NCBI GenBank assembly: GCA_963662315.1
Contig: OY759353.1
Span: 4,192,001 to 4,256,000 of the forward strand
Direction of reading: 5' to 3'
Length of the DNA: 64,000 bases
Source: Geopsychrobacteraceae bacterium
GTDB taxonomy: Bacteria > Desulfobacterota > Desulfuromonadia > Desulfuromonadales > Geopsychrobacteraceae
Part shown: positions 39,765 through 49,899 of the stretch, piece after piece
Position numbering within the stretch: position 1 is the stretch's first letter
Layout: each line of letters opens with the position of its first letter
Translations under genes and position numbers: made by a program
Notes under the pieces: generated by a model
What the model was told of the DNA's origin: nothing
The model's database searches: none
The model's input: the letters and a program-made list of their open reading frames with translations, nothing else

Positions 39765-40218
39765 GTCTTCTCCCTTCAGATACGACAAGGCAGACGATAG
39801 CGCAGGGTTCCTTCTATGGAAAATCACTGCTCTTTGGCAAGCAAAGCTGGAAAAAGTATTGGCCGAATTCGGCATTACACAGACACAATATGCTATTCTT
39901 GCATCTTTAAGATGGTTTGAAGAAAAAGAAGAGCCTACAACTCAGACACATTTAGTTGAGCATGCAAAAATCGATAAAATGACGGTTTCTAAAGCGATTC
40001 GACGGCTTGAAAGCAAAGGTCTGGTCTTGCGAGAGAGGTCGGCAATAGATAGCCGAGCAACAAATGTCCATTTCTCAAAAATAGGTCTGGAGATAATTCA
40101 AAAAGCCATTGTTGCCATAGAGAGTGCCGATGAGGATTTTTTTTCCTGTTTAAATGAAAAGCAGCTTGCGACATACAAGTCTCTGACAACAATTGTAATA
40201 TCGAAAAATGGTTTATAA
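39757..40218 (+). CDS. MarR family regulator (same cassette)
   Basis: GFLLW, DKMTVSKAIRRLESKGLV, DSR; stop lies in TTATAAC. Confidence 0.9.
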   Translation: MAESSPFRYDKADDSAGFLLWKITALWQAKLEKVLAEFGITQTQYAILASLRWFEEKEEPTTQTHLVEHAKIDKMTVSKAIRRLESKGLVLRERSAIDSRATNVHFSKIGLEIIQKAIVAIESADEDFFSCLNEKQLATYKSLTTIVISKNGL

Positions 40219-40273
40219 CATCAGCCTTCAGCGGAGTGAAAGGGCCACGCGCCCGCTGAGGCAGGCGTTATGC
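40213..40273 (+). other. Short attC site (61 bp)
   Basis: TTATAAC-atcagc-CTTCAGCGG...CCGCTGAGG-caggc-GTTATGC. Confidence 0.9.
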
Positions 40274-40291
40274 ATAAAGGAGAAATGGGTT

Positions 40292-40681
40292 GTGAAACGA
40301 CATCCAGTGGAAATTCAAATTGAAATAGCCGATAAAGCCATCGTCGCTGAAGATTTTGATGTGCTCATGGGTATTTATACTGATGACGCAGTTTTAGTTA
40401 TTGAGCCTGGCCGTAATGCCATCGGGAAAAATGAAATCCGTAAAGCGTTTGAAGCTATAGCTGTATATTTTAAGAATGGCCTGCAAGTTAAACAAAATGG
40501 TTTGGAAATCCTTGAGTCAGGAGATACAGCGCTTGTGCTAGCAAACACTGTAGTATCTGGTCCCGGTTTTCCTGCTACTGAACGTAAGGCCACATATGTA
40601 TTCAATAAATCGGCTAGTGGTATCTGGCAGTGTTCTATCGACAATTCATATGGTCATGAGATTATTGGTAAAAATGCATAA
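40292..40681 (+). CDS. YybH/SnoaL-like (NTF2 fold) protein (cassette)
   Basis: YTDDAVLV...GKNEIR...WQCSIDN; GTG start after AAGGAG; ends in GCATAAC. Confidence 0.85.
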   Translation: MKRHPVEIQIEIADKAIVAEDFDVLMGIYTDDAVLVIEPGRNAIGKNEIRKAFEAIAVYFKNGLQVKQNGLEILESGDTALVLANTVVSGPGFPATERKATYVFNKSASGIWQCSIDNSYGHEIIGKNA

Positions 40682-41088
40682 CACTTATCAGGCCCCCTTC
40701 ATAGATAGCGGATGGTCCGTTATCTATGGAGGGGGCCTGCACTAGTATCAATGAAATCAAGCCGACGGTTGAGAGCTGTTGCAGCGCCTGGATTTTTTCC
40801 AAGGCCTTTCCTGCGGTAAAGTCCATCTTCCTGGTCGGATTCAGTCGATAAATCGGGTGCCTTGTTGCAGGGGCGGCGGCGAGAGCCAGGTTTTCTTTCA
40901 GGAGAAGGTCCCTTGTCCCCCCACCAAATAAAAAAGGCCACCCTGTATCAGGATGGCCTTTTTTATATACTGCCCCCGGAATTCTACGGGGCCATTTGAC
41001 ATTTGCGTCAACTTAGAAAAAACAGTCTAGAAATTATAATTTTCCAGGCTGTAAAGCATGGCAAATTTAAGCTATAGCTGATGAATGT

Positions 41089-42828
41089 TTAAGGTTCTTC
41101 ACAGGTAAAACTCGTTGCATCCTCTATATTTCCGCTACCATTGTACTTTGCAATTTGAGGGTACGGACACAGTGGACGAGTACGTTCACTGGACCAGGAG
41201 GACGGTAATTCACTGTTTTCAGCACGTACTGAAGCAGTGATTTTTTCTGGAGCAACGCCCCCTTCGACCCAATCTACAAGCGCTTCCAGGGCATCAAATT
41301 TATCGGTGGCCGGGCCGCCGCCACAGTGACCCTCTCCTGGCACCAGAAACAATCGGGCAAAGTTGGAAGCATCACCGGAATTAGCCGCTTCAAGGTTTTC
41401 ATACCAGTTCACAGTGTCATTTGCTGAAAATATAGCATCAGCAGTCCCATGAATCACGAGCATTTTTGCTCCGCGATTTTTCAGTTTAGAAAGATCGGTT
41501 GGGTTGGGTGGCGTCATGTATTCCATAGCAGACTCGGTAAAAGTCTCATCCGTTGCGTAGATGGTCGACGCATCATCCTCTATGCTAAAACCCTGGATGA
41601 AGTCGTAATCAGACATGGTGCCAACATAAGGAATTGGAGGGGTTGTAAAAGCATAGGCGACAGAGCCTGAATCGCGGGTAAGGCCCATCACATACTCCCA
41701 CATGAACCAATCATCACTGCCAATACCTGCGTCAAAGAGAAAGCTTGAATAAATGTCTTCGCCATCTCTATTTTTGGGACCCGCCATGATATTTGCCAAA
41801 ACAGTTTTCTGATCCGATGTCAAGCATGTGCCGTCCCTAACAGTTATACATGTCGGCACATCGCGATCAAGATCAAACGCCATCTTGCAACCATAGGGAT
41901 CGCCAATCATGCCATCGCTAGCACCATCAAGACCATCACATTGCTCAATAACTTTTTGGGCGACTAGGTCAAACTCTGCGGCACTGATAGCATTTTGCAA
42001 AGAAGCCAAGGTCGTAGCATCGTCAGTAGTATCCACATTTACCAGTGTTGAATATTGCTGTATTCCATAGATCTGTGCAACGGCAGATTTTGGCAAATTA
42101 AAACCGGGGTGGCCAGCCAGGAAACCATCATACTGATCACTAAAGCGGGTAGATGCGACCATTGCATGACGGCCCCCATTGGAGCAGCCGCCAAAATAGG
42201 AGCGATCCGGTTGTTTACCATAGGCTGTTTCGATCAGTGATTTAGCCATGGGAGTCAACTCCGCAACGGCATTGTATCCATAGTCAAGTCTGGCTTGTGG
42301 ATCGAGCGCAAAAAACGGAGTTGGTGAACCATGCCCAGCATCGGAGCTGATAACCGCGAAGCCTTTACCGAGAGCTGCAGCACCAGAGCCATTAGATGTC
42401 ATAAACCGCCCGACAGCTGAACGAACAACTCCATCGAACCCTCCATTGGCCTGGTAATAGAATCGGCCATTCCAATTGGTAGGCAAGCGCATTTCAAAGC
42501 TAATAGCGTAGGTATTGCCAACCATCGTATCAACACCGATACGCTCATTCATTTTTCCCTTAAGCAGACAATGCTCACCAGCGGTATAAGTTTCACCAGT
42601 AGTATAAGTCACCTCGCCAGCATCAATGAGTTCTGCACTATCGATAACCGTATCGGCAAAAGAGAATGTTGAAATCAGATCGGTACATACAGACAGGGTC
42701 CCAGGTGTTGCGGCATCTAGTTGTGGCAAAGTGTCATCATGACTCGAGGAATCATTATCTCCACACGACCAAACTAACAAGCATAACGGAACAATCAACA
42801 GCGATAACCAGAACTTTCTTTTTTGCAT
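41089..42828 (-). CDS. Tannase/feruloyl esterase family lipoprotein
   Basis: WNGRF, SDAGH, GCSNGG, HGTAD, GHCGGG, RPLCPYP. Confidence 0.92.
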   Translation of the reverse strand: MQKRKFWLSLLIVPLCLLVWSCGDNDSSSHDDTLPQLDAATPGTLSVCTDLISTFSFADTVIDSAELIDAGEVTYTTGETYTAGEHCLLKGKMNERIGVDTMVGNTYAISFEMRLPTNWNGRFYYQANGGFDGVVRSAVGRFMTSNGSGAAALGKGFAVISSDAGHGSPTPFFALDPQARLDYGYNAVAELTPMAKSLIETAYGKQPDRSYFGGCSNGGRHAMVASTRFSDQYDGFLAGHPGFNLPKSAVAQIYGIQQYSTLVNVDTTDDATTLASLQNAISAAEFDLVAQKVIEQCDGLDGASDGMIGDPYGCKMAFDLDRDVPTCITVRDGTCLTSDQKTVLANIMAGPKNRDGEDIYSSFLFDAGIGSDDWFMWEYVMGLTRDSGSVAYAFTTPPIPYVGTMSDYDFIQGFSIEDDASTIYATDETFTESAMEYMTPPNPTDLSKLKNRGAKMLVIHGTADAIFSANDTVNWYENLEAANSGDASNFARLFLVPGEGHCGGGPATDKFDALEALVDWVEGGVAPEKITASVRAENSELPSSWSSERTRPLCPYPQIAKYNGSGNIEDATSFTCEEP

Positions 42829-43287
42829 AAACTACCTCCCAATTTGTTTTTATGCCTAATGGCAGTGAACAATCAGCCCCTTATAACGGACCAAATAACA
42901 AAAAATAGCCGGTACCGGTTCCCGAGCTATTATTGTTGTTGCAACGCTTACAATAGAGATTAAGTCAATGAAATTTTAGAACCGCATTGTAAATAGCCCG
43001 ATGTATGGCTGTATATTAAATTGCTATGAGATTGTTTCAAATAAATATGATTTTTGCAGACGGAAGAGGGTTTTATTAAATTCTGGATAGATTAAAACTC
43101 TGTGATCTCAATTGTTTAGGGAAGGTTATTTTGATAGTCTTTACAAGGCCGGAAATAGCGCCATGGTAAAGCGATAAGAAAATATCGGTTTTATACTGGC
43201 TGGATAAATCAAGGTAGCTCGCTCAAAAGCAAGGAAATAGAATACTGTTTAAGATAACAGAGAAGAAAGAGGGTTGAGAACAAATAC

Positions 43288-44181
43288 CTATAGATTGCTG
43301 AGTTTCCAGCGAAGCGGGGTTTGATGTTTAAACCGTTTAAAGACATTGATCATATGTGCCTGGTTGGAAAAACCTGTAGCAAGCGCTATTTCGGAGAGGG
43401 AACGATCTGGCTCTGTCTTGAGTATACAGGCAACCCTCTCAATCCGCTTTTTCATGACATATTGATAAGGAGTTACACCAAAAACACGGCGGAACAACGG
43501 GAAAAAATGGCTTGGGCTGATATTGACAAGTGCGGCAAGCTGGTCAACTGAGATCGTACTATCGATGGAGGCCTCGATGAAATCTATGATCCTTTGTTGT
43601 TTGCTACGGGTAAGTGTTTGCTCCCGTTTAAAAACTTTTTGTACCTTGCGGTAATTGGCATGAAGCCACCCCAGAGCCGCCCACGACAACCCTTCGGCGT
43701 ACATTTCCCCATTGGGAAAACCGGCTCTCATTTCTGCCGCCAAGGCTAGAATAGTATTTCTGAGGGGATAATCGATATTCTCAAAACGCGTCTCCATATC
43801 GAACTGGGTGGAATCATCAGGGAAATGGCGCTGCAAAACATGAGGTGGCAGACTAACCCTAAGGCAGCGTCCTTCTTCCCCTTCCCAACGCGCGTGATCA
43901 CGCTCATAGGTCGAACCTAACATATCAAAAGCAGGCGGCGACAAGCACAGCTCCTCTGTCTTGTAACCACTACGATACCACCGTCTGGAATTTGACTTTA
44001 GCCCGACAGATAACATGGGCATTCCTGTATATTGTGGGCCGCATTCAGCACATCCAGGGATAATTGTTTCCTCAATGACTATTCCTGGCCAGTGTTCTGG
44101 AAGACTTAAAACCGGAAGGCCATCAGCACCTAGAATCGAAGGGCAATGGCTACCCAAACTGACTTTTTTAGTTTCCAACAA
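43288..44181 (-). CDS. AraC family regulator
   Basis: ISPSHF...TPYQY...GFSNQAHM. Confidence 0.9.
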   Translation of the reverse strand: MLETKKVSLGSHCPSILGADGLPVLSLPEHWPGIVIEETIIPGCAECGPQYTGMPMLSVGLKSNSRRWYRSGYKTEELCLSPPAFDMLGSTYERDHARWEGEEGRCLRVSLPPHVLQRHFPDDSTQFDMETRFENIDYPLRNTILALAAEMRAGFPNGEMYAEGLSWAALGWLHANYRKVQKVFKREQTLTRSKQQRIIDFIEASIDSTISVDQLAALVNISPSHFFPLFRRVFGVTPYQYVMKKRIERVACILKTEPDRSLSEIALATGFSNQAHMINVFKRFKHQTPLRWKLSNL

Positions 44182-44314
44182 TTTCGCCCTTTTATAAGGT
44201 TTGCGTGAGAATGAAGTTTTGCACGGCGATGTTATAGGAGGGCTTAATCCAAGTCAATTTCAAACGGAGTTATTGAAAGGGGAGGAAAACTAGGGGCACT
44301 CTCCAGGTTTTCTT

Positions 44315-44570
44315 GGTCTCCCCGGCTTCTGTCTGTTTCGTCCAACCAGGACGGCTCCTGTAAAAGATCGTTTTGAGCCAGTTTCAAATGGGCTCTTGCG
44401 CTGGACCAACGATAATCCTCGGCATAGTCTACCAGACCGACCTTGATCGGACGTGCTACGATCCAAAGGTATTCGTCGTTTTCAACAATGCAGAAGAAAA
44501 AGTGATTCAGCCTAATACGACCGCTCTGATTCAGCTTACGATTGAGATATTGCGTATAGACCTGATGAAA
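44315..44570 (-). pseudogene. Internal RAYT fragment ending in a REP
   Basis: QVYTQYLNRKLNQSGR...YRWSS, homologous to 17030-17285 with a deletion of the YIERN segment. Confidence 0.88.
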
Positions 44571-44697
44571 TAGCAACTTCATGATTCTTCTTTTGACTGT
44601 ATCTATGAAGTTAATCTGATAAGATCCGGAGGTAATTATCCTCTGATAGCCGATTTTTTCTACATAGCCGTTCATTTTTATTCTTTCAGTGAGTGTA

Positions 44698-46686
44698 ATG
44701 ATGAAGAATTCTTATCAAAATATTCCTGATGTCGAAGCGATTTGGAACACGTTCATACGGGGCCGCTCCATTCCCACCGATGGGATCAGAAGTGAAATTC
44801 ATGCGTCATGGCAACGTTGTCGTCAATCGGGTGTGGATCCGTATGATGGCGTTTCCCATCAGCTTCTGGTTGCGGAAGAGATCACCCAATTACTTGATGC
44901 CCGCAAATATTATCTGGAGACCGTCCGGCATTTCATGACCCATCTGTATGAATTGGTCAAAGGCTCTGGTTTTATTGTTCTGCTGGCCGATGAGCGGGGC
45001 TATGTTATGGAAACCCTGGGGGATGCTGATACGCTCAGCTCTGCCGCCAAGGTTAACCTGATTCAGGGAGCTTGCTGGGTTGAAGCCGAAGGGGGGACCA
45101 ACGGTATCGGTACTGCTCTGGCACTGGGGCAGCCTTTTCAGGTTTCAGGTTGCGAACATTATTGTCAGAAACTCCATTCATGGACCTGTTCTGCCGCACC
45201 GGTGCGTTCCGATAATGGTGAATTGATTGGTGTGCTGCAAATGTCGGGACCTTCCCATGCCGCCCATCAACATACCCTGGGTATGGTTGCTGCTGCCGCC
45301 GAGGCGATTCGCGACCAGCTTCGTGTCCAGCGCCGCAATCATGAACTGACAGCCCTTAATGAACATCTAAGCAATATTTTTCAGACCATGTCCGACGGTG
45401 CGTTGCTGGTCGATGGCAGTGGCGTGATCACCCGGCTTAATCCCATTGCCAGCCGAACTCTGGGCGATAATGTTGTCGGCCATACCCTTGCCGATATCTT
45501 TGGTCATGCCCCGGATGTGGCGACTATCATACAGAATAGCCAGCCCTGCAAAGATATGGAAATGATGCTCGAAACCGCAGCCGGGAGTATTCATGCTCTG
45601 GTTACCGTACGTCCTTTAAGTCATGGTAATGGCAGCGTAATTTTCTTCAATCCTATTCAGAAAATGAAAAAGCTGGCCAATCGTTTCGGTGGCGCTCAGG
45701 CACGTTTTATCTTTAGTGATATTGTCGGTCGGCACGCTAATTTTTCCGCCGCCATAAGTGCTGCCAAAAAAGCTGCGACCAACAACAGTAACGTGATGTT
45801 GCTGGGGGAAAGCGGAACCGGAAAAGAACTGTTCGCCCAGGCTATACACAACGCCAGCGCACGGCGCAGAGGCCCTTTTCTGGCGTTAAACTGTGCCGCT
45901 CTACCGCGTGATCTGATTGCCAGCGAATTGTTCGGTTATGCTCCTGGGGCCTTTACCGGGGCGGATCCCAAGGGGCGGCCGGGCAAATTTGAAATGGCTG
46001 CAGGGGGGACCTTGCTCTTGGATGAAATTGGCGACATGCCTCTGGATCAACAGGCCGTCTTGTTACGTGTCCTGCAGGACAGGCAGGTGACCCGGCTGGG
46101 CAGTGATCGGGTTATTCCGGTTGATGTTCGTGTCATTTGCGCCACCCACACCAATCTTCTGCAAGCGGTGCAACAAGGTGATTTTCGCCAAGATCTCTAC
46201 TATCGCCTCAACGTGGTGCAAATTGCTGTGCCGCCGCTGCGGGAGCGGGGTGACGACGTACAGCTTCTCTGCGACTTTTTCCTTCACAAAATCGGTCAGC
46301 GACTCGATATTGTGACGCAAGATATTTCTCCCACCGTAAGGCAGTTGCTAGGCCGCTATCAATGGCCGGGAAATGTCCGGGAACTGGAAAACAGTGTCGA
46401 AAAAATGATATATGCGGCCGAAGGAAAGCGGCTGGAAAGCCAGCACCTGCCAGCAGAAATCGCTAGAACGATCATCCAGGAGAGTACGGAGCCGACACCG
46501 GTTTTAACAGTGAATACCGGTCTCAAAAAGTTGGTGGCCAGCCGCGAACGGAAATTGCTTCTCGATTTACTCCGCAGTTATCATGGCAACGTCAGCCAAA
46601 TCGCCCGAGACACAGGAGTCTCCCGCAACACCATATATCGTAAAATGCGTTCCTACGACATTTCACGGGACTATCTCTTTGATTAG
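44698..46686 (+). CDS. Sigma54-dependent activator, AcoR-like (GAF-PAS-AAA+-HTH)
   Basis: SWQRC, GTNGIG, GESGTGKE, GAFTGA, WPGNVREL. Confidence 0.93.
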   Translation: MMKNSYQNIPDVEAIWNTFIRGRSIPTDGIRSEIHASWQRCRQSGVDPYDGVSHQLLVAEEITQLLDARKYYLETVRHFMTHLYELVKGSGFIVLLADERGYVMETLGDADTLSSAAKVNLIQGACWVEAEGGTNGIGTALALGQPFQVSGCEHYCQKLHSWTCSAAPVRSDNGELIGVLQMSGPSHAAHQHTLGMVAAAAEAIRDQLRVQRRNHELTALNEHLSNIFQTMSDGALLVDGSGVITRLNPIASRTLGDNVVGHTLADIFGHAPDVATIIQNSQPCKDMEMMLETAAGSIHALVTVRPLSHGNGSVIFFNPIQKMKKLANRFGGAQARFIFSDIVGRHANFSAAISAAKKAATNNSNVMLLGESGTGKELFAQAIHNASARRRGPFLALNCAALPRDLIASELFGYAPGAFTGADPKGRPGKFEMAAGGTLLLDEIGDMPLDQQAVLLRVLQDRQVTRLGSDRVIPVDVRVICATHTNLLQAVQQGDFRQDLYYRLNVVQIAVPPLRERGDDVQLLCDFFLHKIGQRLDIVTQDISPTVRQLLGRYQWPGNVRELENSVEKMIYAAEGKRLESQHLPAEIARTIIQESTEPTPVLTVNTGLKKLVASRERKLLLDLLRSYHGNVSQIARDTGVSRNTIYRKMRSYDISRDYLFD

Positions 46687-46690
46687 GCAA

Positions 46691-46710
46691 CTGTCACAAA
46701 AAAGTGACAG
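46691..46710. promoter_or_regulatory. Probable upstream activator site
   Basis: Palindrome CTGTCAC-AAAAAA-GTGACAG ~150 bp upstream of the sigma54 promoter. Confidence 0.55.
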
Positions 46711-46859
46711 TTGCTCCATCTTGTTGACAGCTGCTCTATAATGTTACATCGAGCAAAGAGATGAAGTATAATTGTGTTTTGATCTCTAGAATAATCAACC
46801 CCGCACAATACCATTCCTTTTTACTTATCTGCCGTTGAAATTGACATCTTTGCAGGTTA

Positions 46860-46875
46860 TGGCACAGCCATTGCT
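46860..46875 (+). promoter_or_regulatory. Sigma54 -24/-12 promoter
   Basis: TGGCACAGCCATTGCT. Confidence 0.85.
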
Positions 46876-46969
46876 CTTAGTATAACCATATTTTGATGGC
46901 ACGTTTTTGTAGGTTGTGTCTGCCTGAACCCGGACCAGAAGGTCCATGACCACAGATGGAGGATTAGCC

Positions 46970-48445
46970 GTGAGAGAAGGAATCGATAGCAAGTACCAGC
47001 TGTATATTGATGGAAAATGGATGGATGCTCAACAGGGAGAAACCTTTTCAGCCTATTGCCCAGCCGACGGAGAATTGCTCGCCACCTGTGCCAATGCCGG
47101 TAAAAAAGATGTTGATGCCGCCGTGGCCGCTGCCTGGAAGGCATTTCCCGAGTGGAAAGATGTCAGCGCGCAAAAGCGGGCAGAATACTTGTTGAAAATC
47201 GCCGATCTTATTGATGCCAATGCCGAAAAACTGGCCATGGTTGAAACCCTGGATAATGGTAAACCGATCCGCGAGACACGGGCCATTGATGTGCCTTTAG
47301 CCAGTGACCATTTTCGTTATTTTGCCAGCGCCATCCGCACCCAGGAAGGGCAAGCAGTGATGATTGACAAAGACACCATGAGCATCATCCTGCGTGAGCC
47401 CATTGGTGTCGTCGGCCAGATTATTCCCTGGAACTTTCCTTTCCTCATGGCGGCCTGGAAAATTGCCCCGGCCCTGGCGGCAGGCAATACCCTGGTCATG
47501 AAGCCCTCATCGACAACCTCATTGAGTATGCTTGAGTTTACCAAACTGCTTGATCAGGTATTACCGCCTGGCGTGGTTAATGTTGTTACCGGTAAAGGAG
47601 CGACGACCGGTAATTACGTCCTTGAACACCCCGATTTTTCAAAACTGGCGTTCACCGGTTCCACGGAAATCGGTTACAACATTGCCGATGCCGCAGCCAA
47701 AAAGTTGATTCCGGCTACGTTAGAACTCGGGGGTAAATCGGCCAATATCTATTTTGAAGACTGCCCGTGGGAAAAAGCCATTGAAGGAACCCAGATTGGG
47801 ATTCTGTTTAATCAGGGACAAGTTTGCTGCGCCGGTTCCCGGGTCTTTGTGCAGGAAAGTATTTATGACAAGTTTGTTGCCGATATGGCCGCGGCCTTCA
47901 AAAAGGTAAAAGTCGGTCTGCCCTGGGAAGATGACACCATGATGGGGTGTCAGATTGATGAAGGTCAGCTCAACCAAATCCTGTCCTATGTCAATATTGG
48001 CCAGGAAGAAGGCGCGCGTCTGGTAACCGGCGGAACTAAAATCACTGATGGTTCCTTGGGTAAAGGTGCCTTCATGGCGCCGACTCTGTTTGCCGATGTC
48101 GACAACAAAATGCGTATTGCTCAGGAAGAAATATTCGGGCCGGTGGTCTGTGTTATCAAATTTAAAGATGAACAGGACGTTATCAAAATGGCCAACGACA
48201 GTGAGTACGGGCTGGGAGGCGCCGTGTGGACCAAAGATATTAACCGTGCCCTGCGTGTCGCCAGAGCGGTTGAAACCGGTCGTATGTGGGTCAATACCTA
48301 CAACCAGTTGCCGGCTCATACCCCGTTTGGCGGCTATAAAAAGTCGGGTATCGGACGCGAAACCCACAAAATGATGCTGGAACACTATTCCCAGGCAAAA
48401 AATATTTACATCAGCATGACCGAAGAAAAGATGGGTCTCTACTGA
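46970..48445 (+). CDS. NAD-dependent aldehyde dehydrogenase
   Basis: IIPWNFP, FTGSTEIG, LELGGKS, QGQVCCAG, EEIFGPV; GTG start after GGAGGA. Confidence 0.95.
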   Translation: MREGIDSKYQLYIDGKWMDAQQGETFSAYCPADGELLATCANAGKKDVDAAVAAAWKAFPEWKDVSAQKRAEYLLKIADLIDANAEKLAMVETLDNGKPIRETRAIDVPLASDHFRYFASAIRTQEGQAVMIDKDTMSIILREPIGVVGQIIPWNFPFLMAAWKIAPALAAGNTLVMKPSSTTSLSMLEFTKLLDQVLPPGVVNVVTGKGATTGNYVLEHPDFSKLAFTGSTEIGYNIADAAAKKLIPATLELGGKSANIYFEDCPWEKAIEGTQIGILFNQGQVCCAGSRVFVQESIYDKFVADMAAAFKKVKVGLPWEDDTMMGCQIDEGQLNQILSYVNIGQEEGARLVTGGTKITDGSLGKGAFMAPTLFADVDNKMRIAQEEIFGPVVCVIKFKDEQDVIKMANDSEYGLGGAVWTKDINRALRVARAVETGRMWVNTYNQLPAHTPFGGYKKSGIGRETHKMMLEHYSQAKNIYISMTEEKMGLY

Positions 48446-48867
48446 TTCCTCTCTAAGGGCATGGCCCGAAAGGATTAGTTCCGCGGGAAAAGGCTGACCA
48501 GAAATTCTGGTCGGCCTTTTGAATTTACGGGGCAGAAGTATTTTTTGTCGCTGCGGATGTTTTGGCTGCCTGATGAGGAAGATTTCAGGGTGATTTGAGA
48601 GGGAATAAAATTATTGTAATGTCCTGCTGGAGGGTGTAGCTTCGTCGTTATTGTTGCAAAAAAAATGAGAAGAGAGCCGTAGTTTGTGTGGGGGGAATCT
48701 GCAGATTGCGGTTTTTTTGTTGTCGCAAGCAATGAAGCGTTTTGTTTTTTGTCAGGAGATGTCCTTAATCTTCGTGCCGAAATAGGTTGTTGGCTTGAGA
48801 CTTGGTTAATCTTTCAGTGAAATACGGCATTTAGGTCGTCTGATTTTAGTTCGGTGCAGGAGGAGAA

Positions 48868-49515
48868 ATGAGGTTTTTTTGCATACTCGCACTTTTATTT
48901 ACGTTGTTGTTTAGCATGGCCTGCGCCCCAATACGAACGATTCAGAAGGACGTGGTCGACGTGACTTCAGAAGCAGCCGCTTCTAAGTATTATGGAATGG
49001 AAGATTATGGTTTGAAAATCGAAATTCCCGAATCTCTGGGTCTCATCAAAGCTCAGGAAATTGACGACGGGGAAATCCGATATTATCAATTTATCGAAAA
49101 AAAATATGGCGGTGTCTTTTATATTGCTCTCTATAACAACTACTGTGACATCAACAGGGTCAATACCAAGTATAGGTGGAGCTACCTAAAAGGGTGTAAA
49201 AATCAAGAAAAACAAAACTTCGTGAACAAATATGGCAATAAATTTGACTTTGACTATTACGTATATTCTTCACGAGCAATCTACTTTGATAAGGGTAGTT
49301 TTATTTCACCAACTCTTATAACTAGCACCAGTGTAAAACCGAAAGAACAGGTGGAGTGCGCAAGATCCAAATCCCTCGCATATGCTTATCTCTACCATAA
49401 AAATTATTACATTATAAAATTGAGTTTTTCTGATCCAGCGAAGCAATTCGACTATTATAATGAACTGTTGGCAATGCTCGTGAATGCCGTTAGTTATCCA
49501 TCAAAGGACAACTAG
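48868..49515 (+). CDS. Hypothetical lipoprotein
   Basis: Lipobox SMAC; AGGAG RBS; low GC. Confidence 0.75.
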   Translation: MRFFCILALLFTLLFSMACAPIRTIQKDVVDVTSEAAASKYYGMEDYGLKIEIPESLGLIKAQEIDDGEIRYYQFIEKKYGGVFYIALYNNYCDINRVNTKYRWSYLKGCKNQEKQNFVNKYGNKFDFDYYVYSSRAIYFDKGSFISPTLITSTSVKPKEQVECARSKSLAYAYLYHKNYYIIKLSFSDPAKQFDYYNELLAMLVNAVSYPSKDN

Positions 49516-49586
49516 CGAACTGGTTGATCGGATAGCCGTTGTGAAAACGTTCTGTATTCGTTGGAATGAAAGGAGTTTACAAACAA

Positions 49587-49874
49587 ATGTTTATCGTCTC
49601 TCTTAATTACATCTGCGATTTAAGTGACATTGAAAAGCACCTGCCTGCTCACCTTGAATATCTTGATCGCCACTACGCTGCCGGGCATTTTATCGCTTCT
49701 GGAAGGAAAGTTCCACGAACAGGGGGGATCATTTTAGCCCTTTGTGATTCAAGGGCGGCAATTGATCAGATTATTGCGGAGGACCCGTTTAATATTCACG
49801 GTTTAGCAGAATATGAAGTCACGGAATTTATTCCTACAAAAATGTCGGAAAAAATAGCGCTGGCTTTTGATTAA
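49587..49874 (+). CDS. YciI family protein
   Basis: HLEYL, ASGRKVPRTGG, DPF. Confidence 0.9.
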   Translation: MFIVSLNYICDLSDIEKHLPAHLEYLDRHYAAGHFIASGRKVPRTGGIILALCDSRAAIDQIIAEDPFNIHGLAEYEVTEFIPTKMSEKIALAFD

Positions 49875-49899
49875 CTATTGAGAACAAATACTTTGAAAT

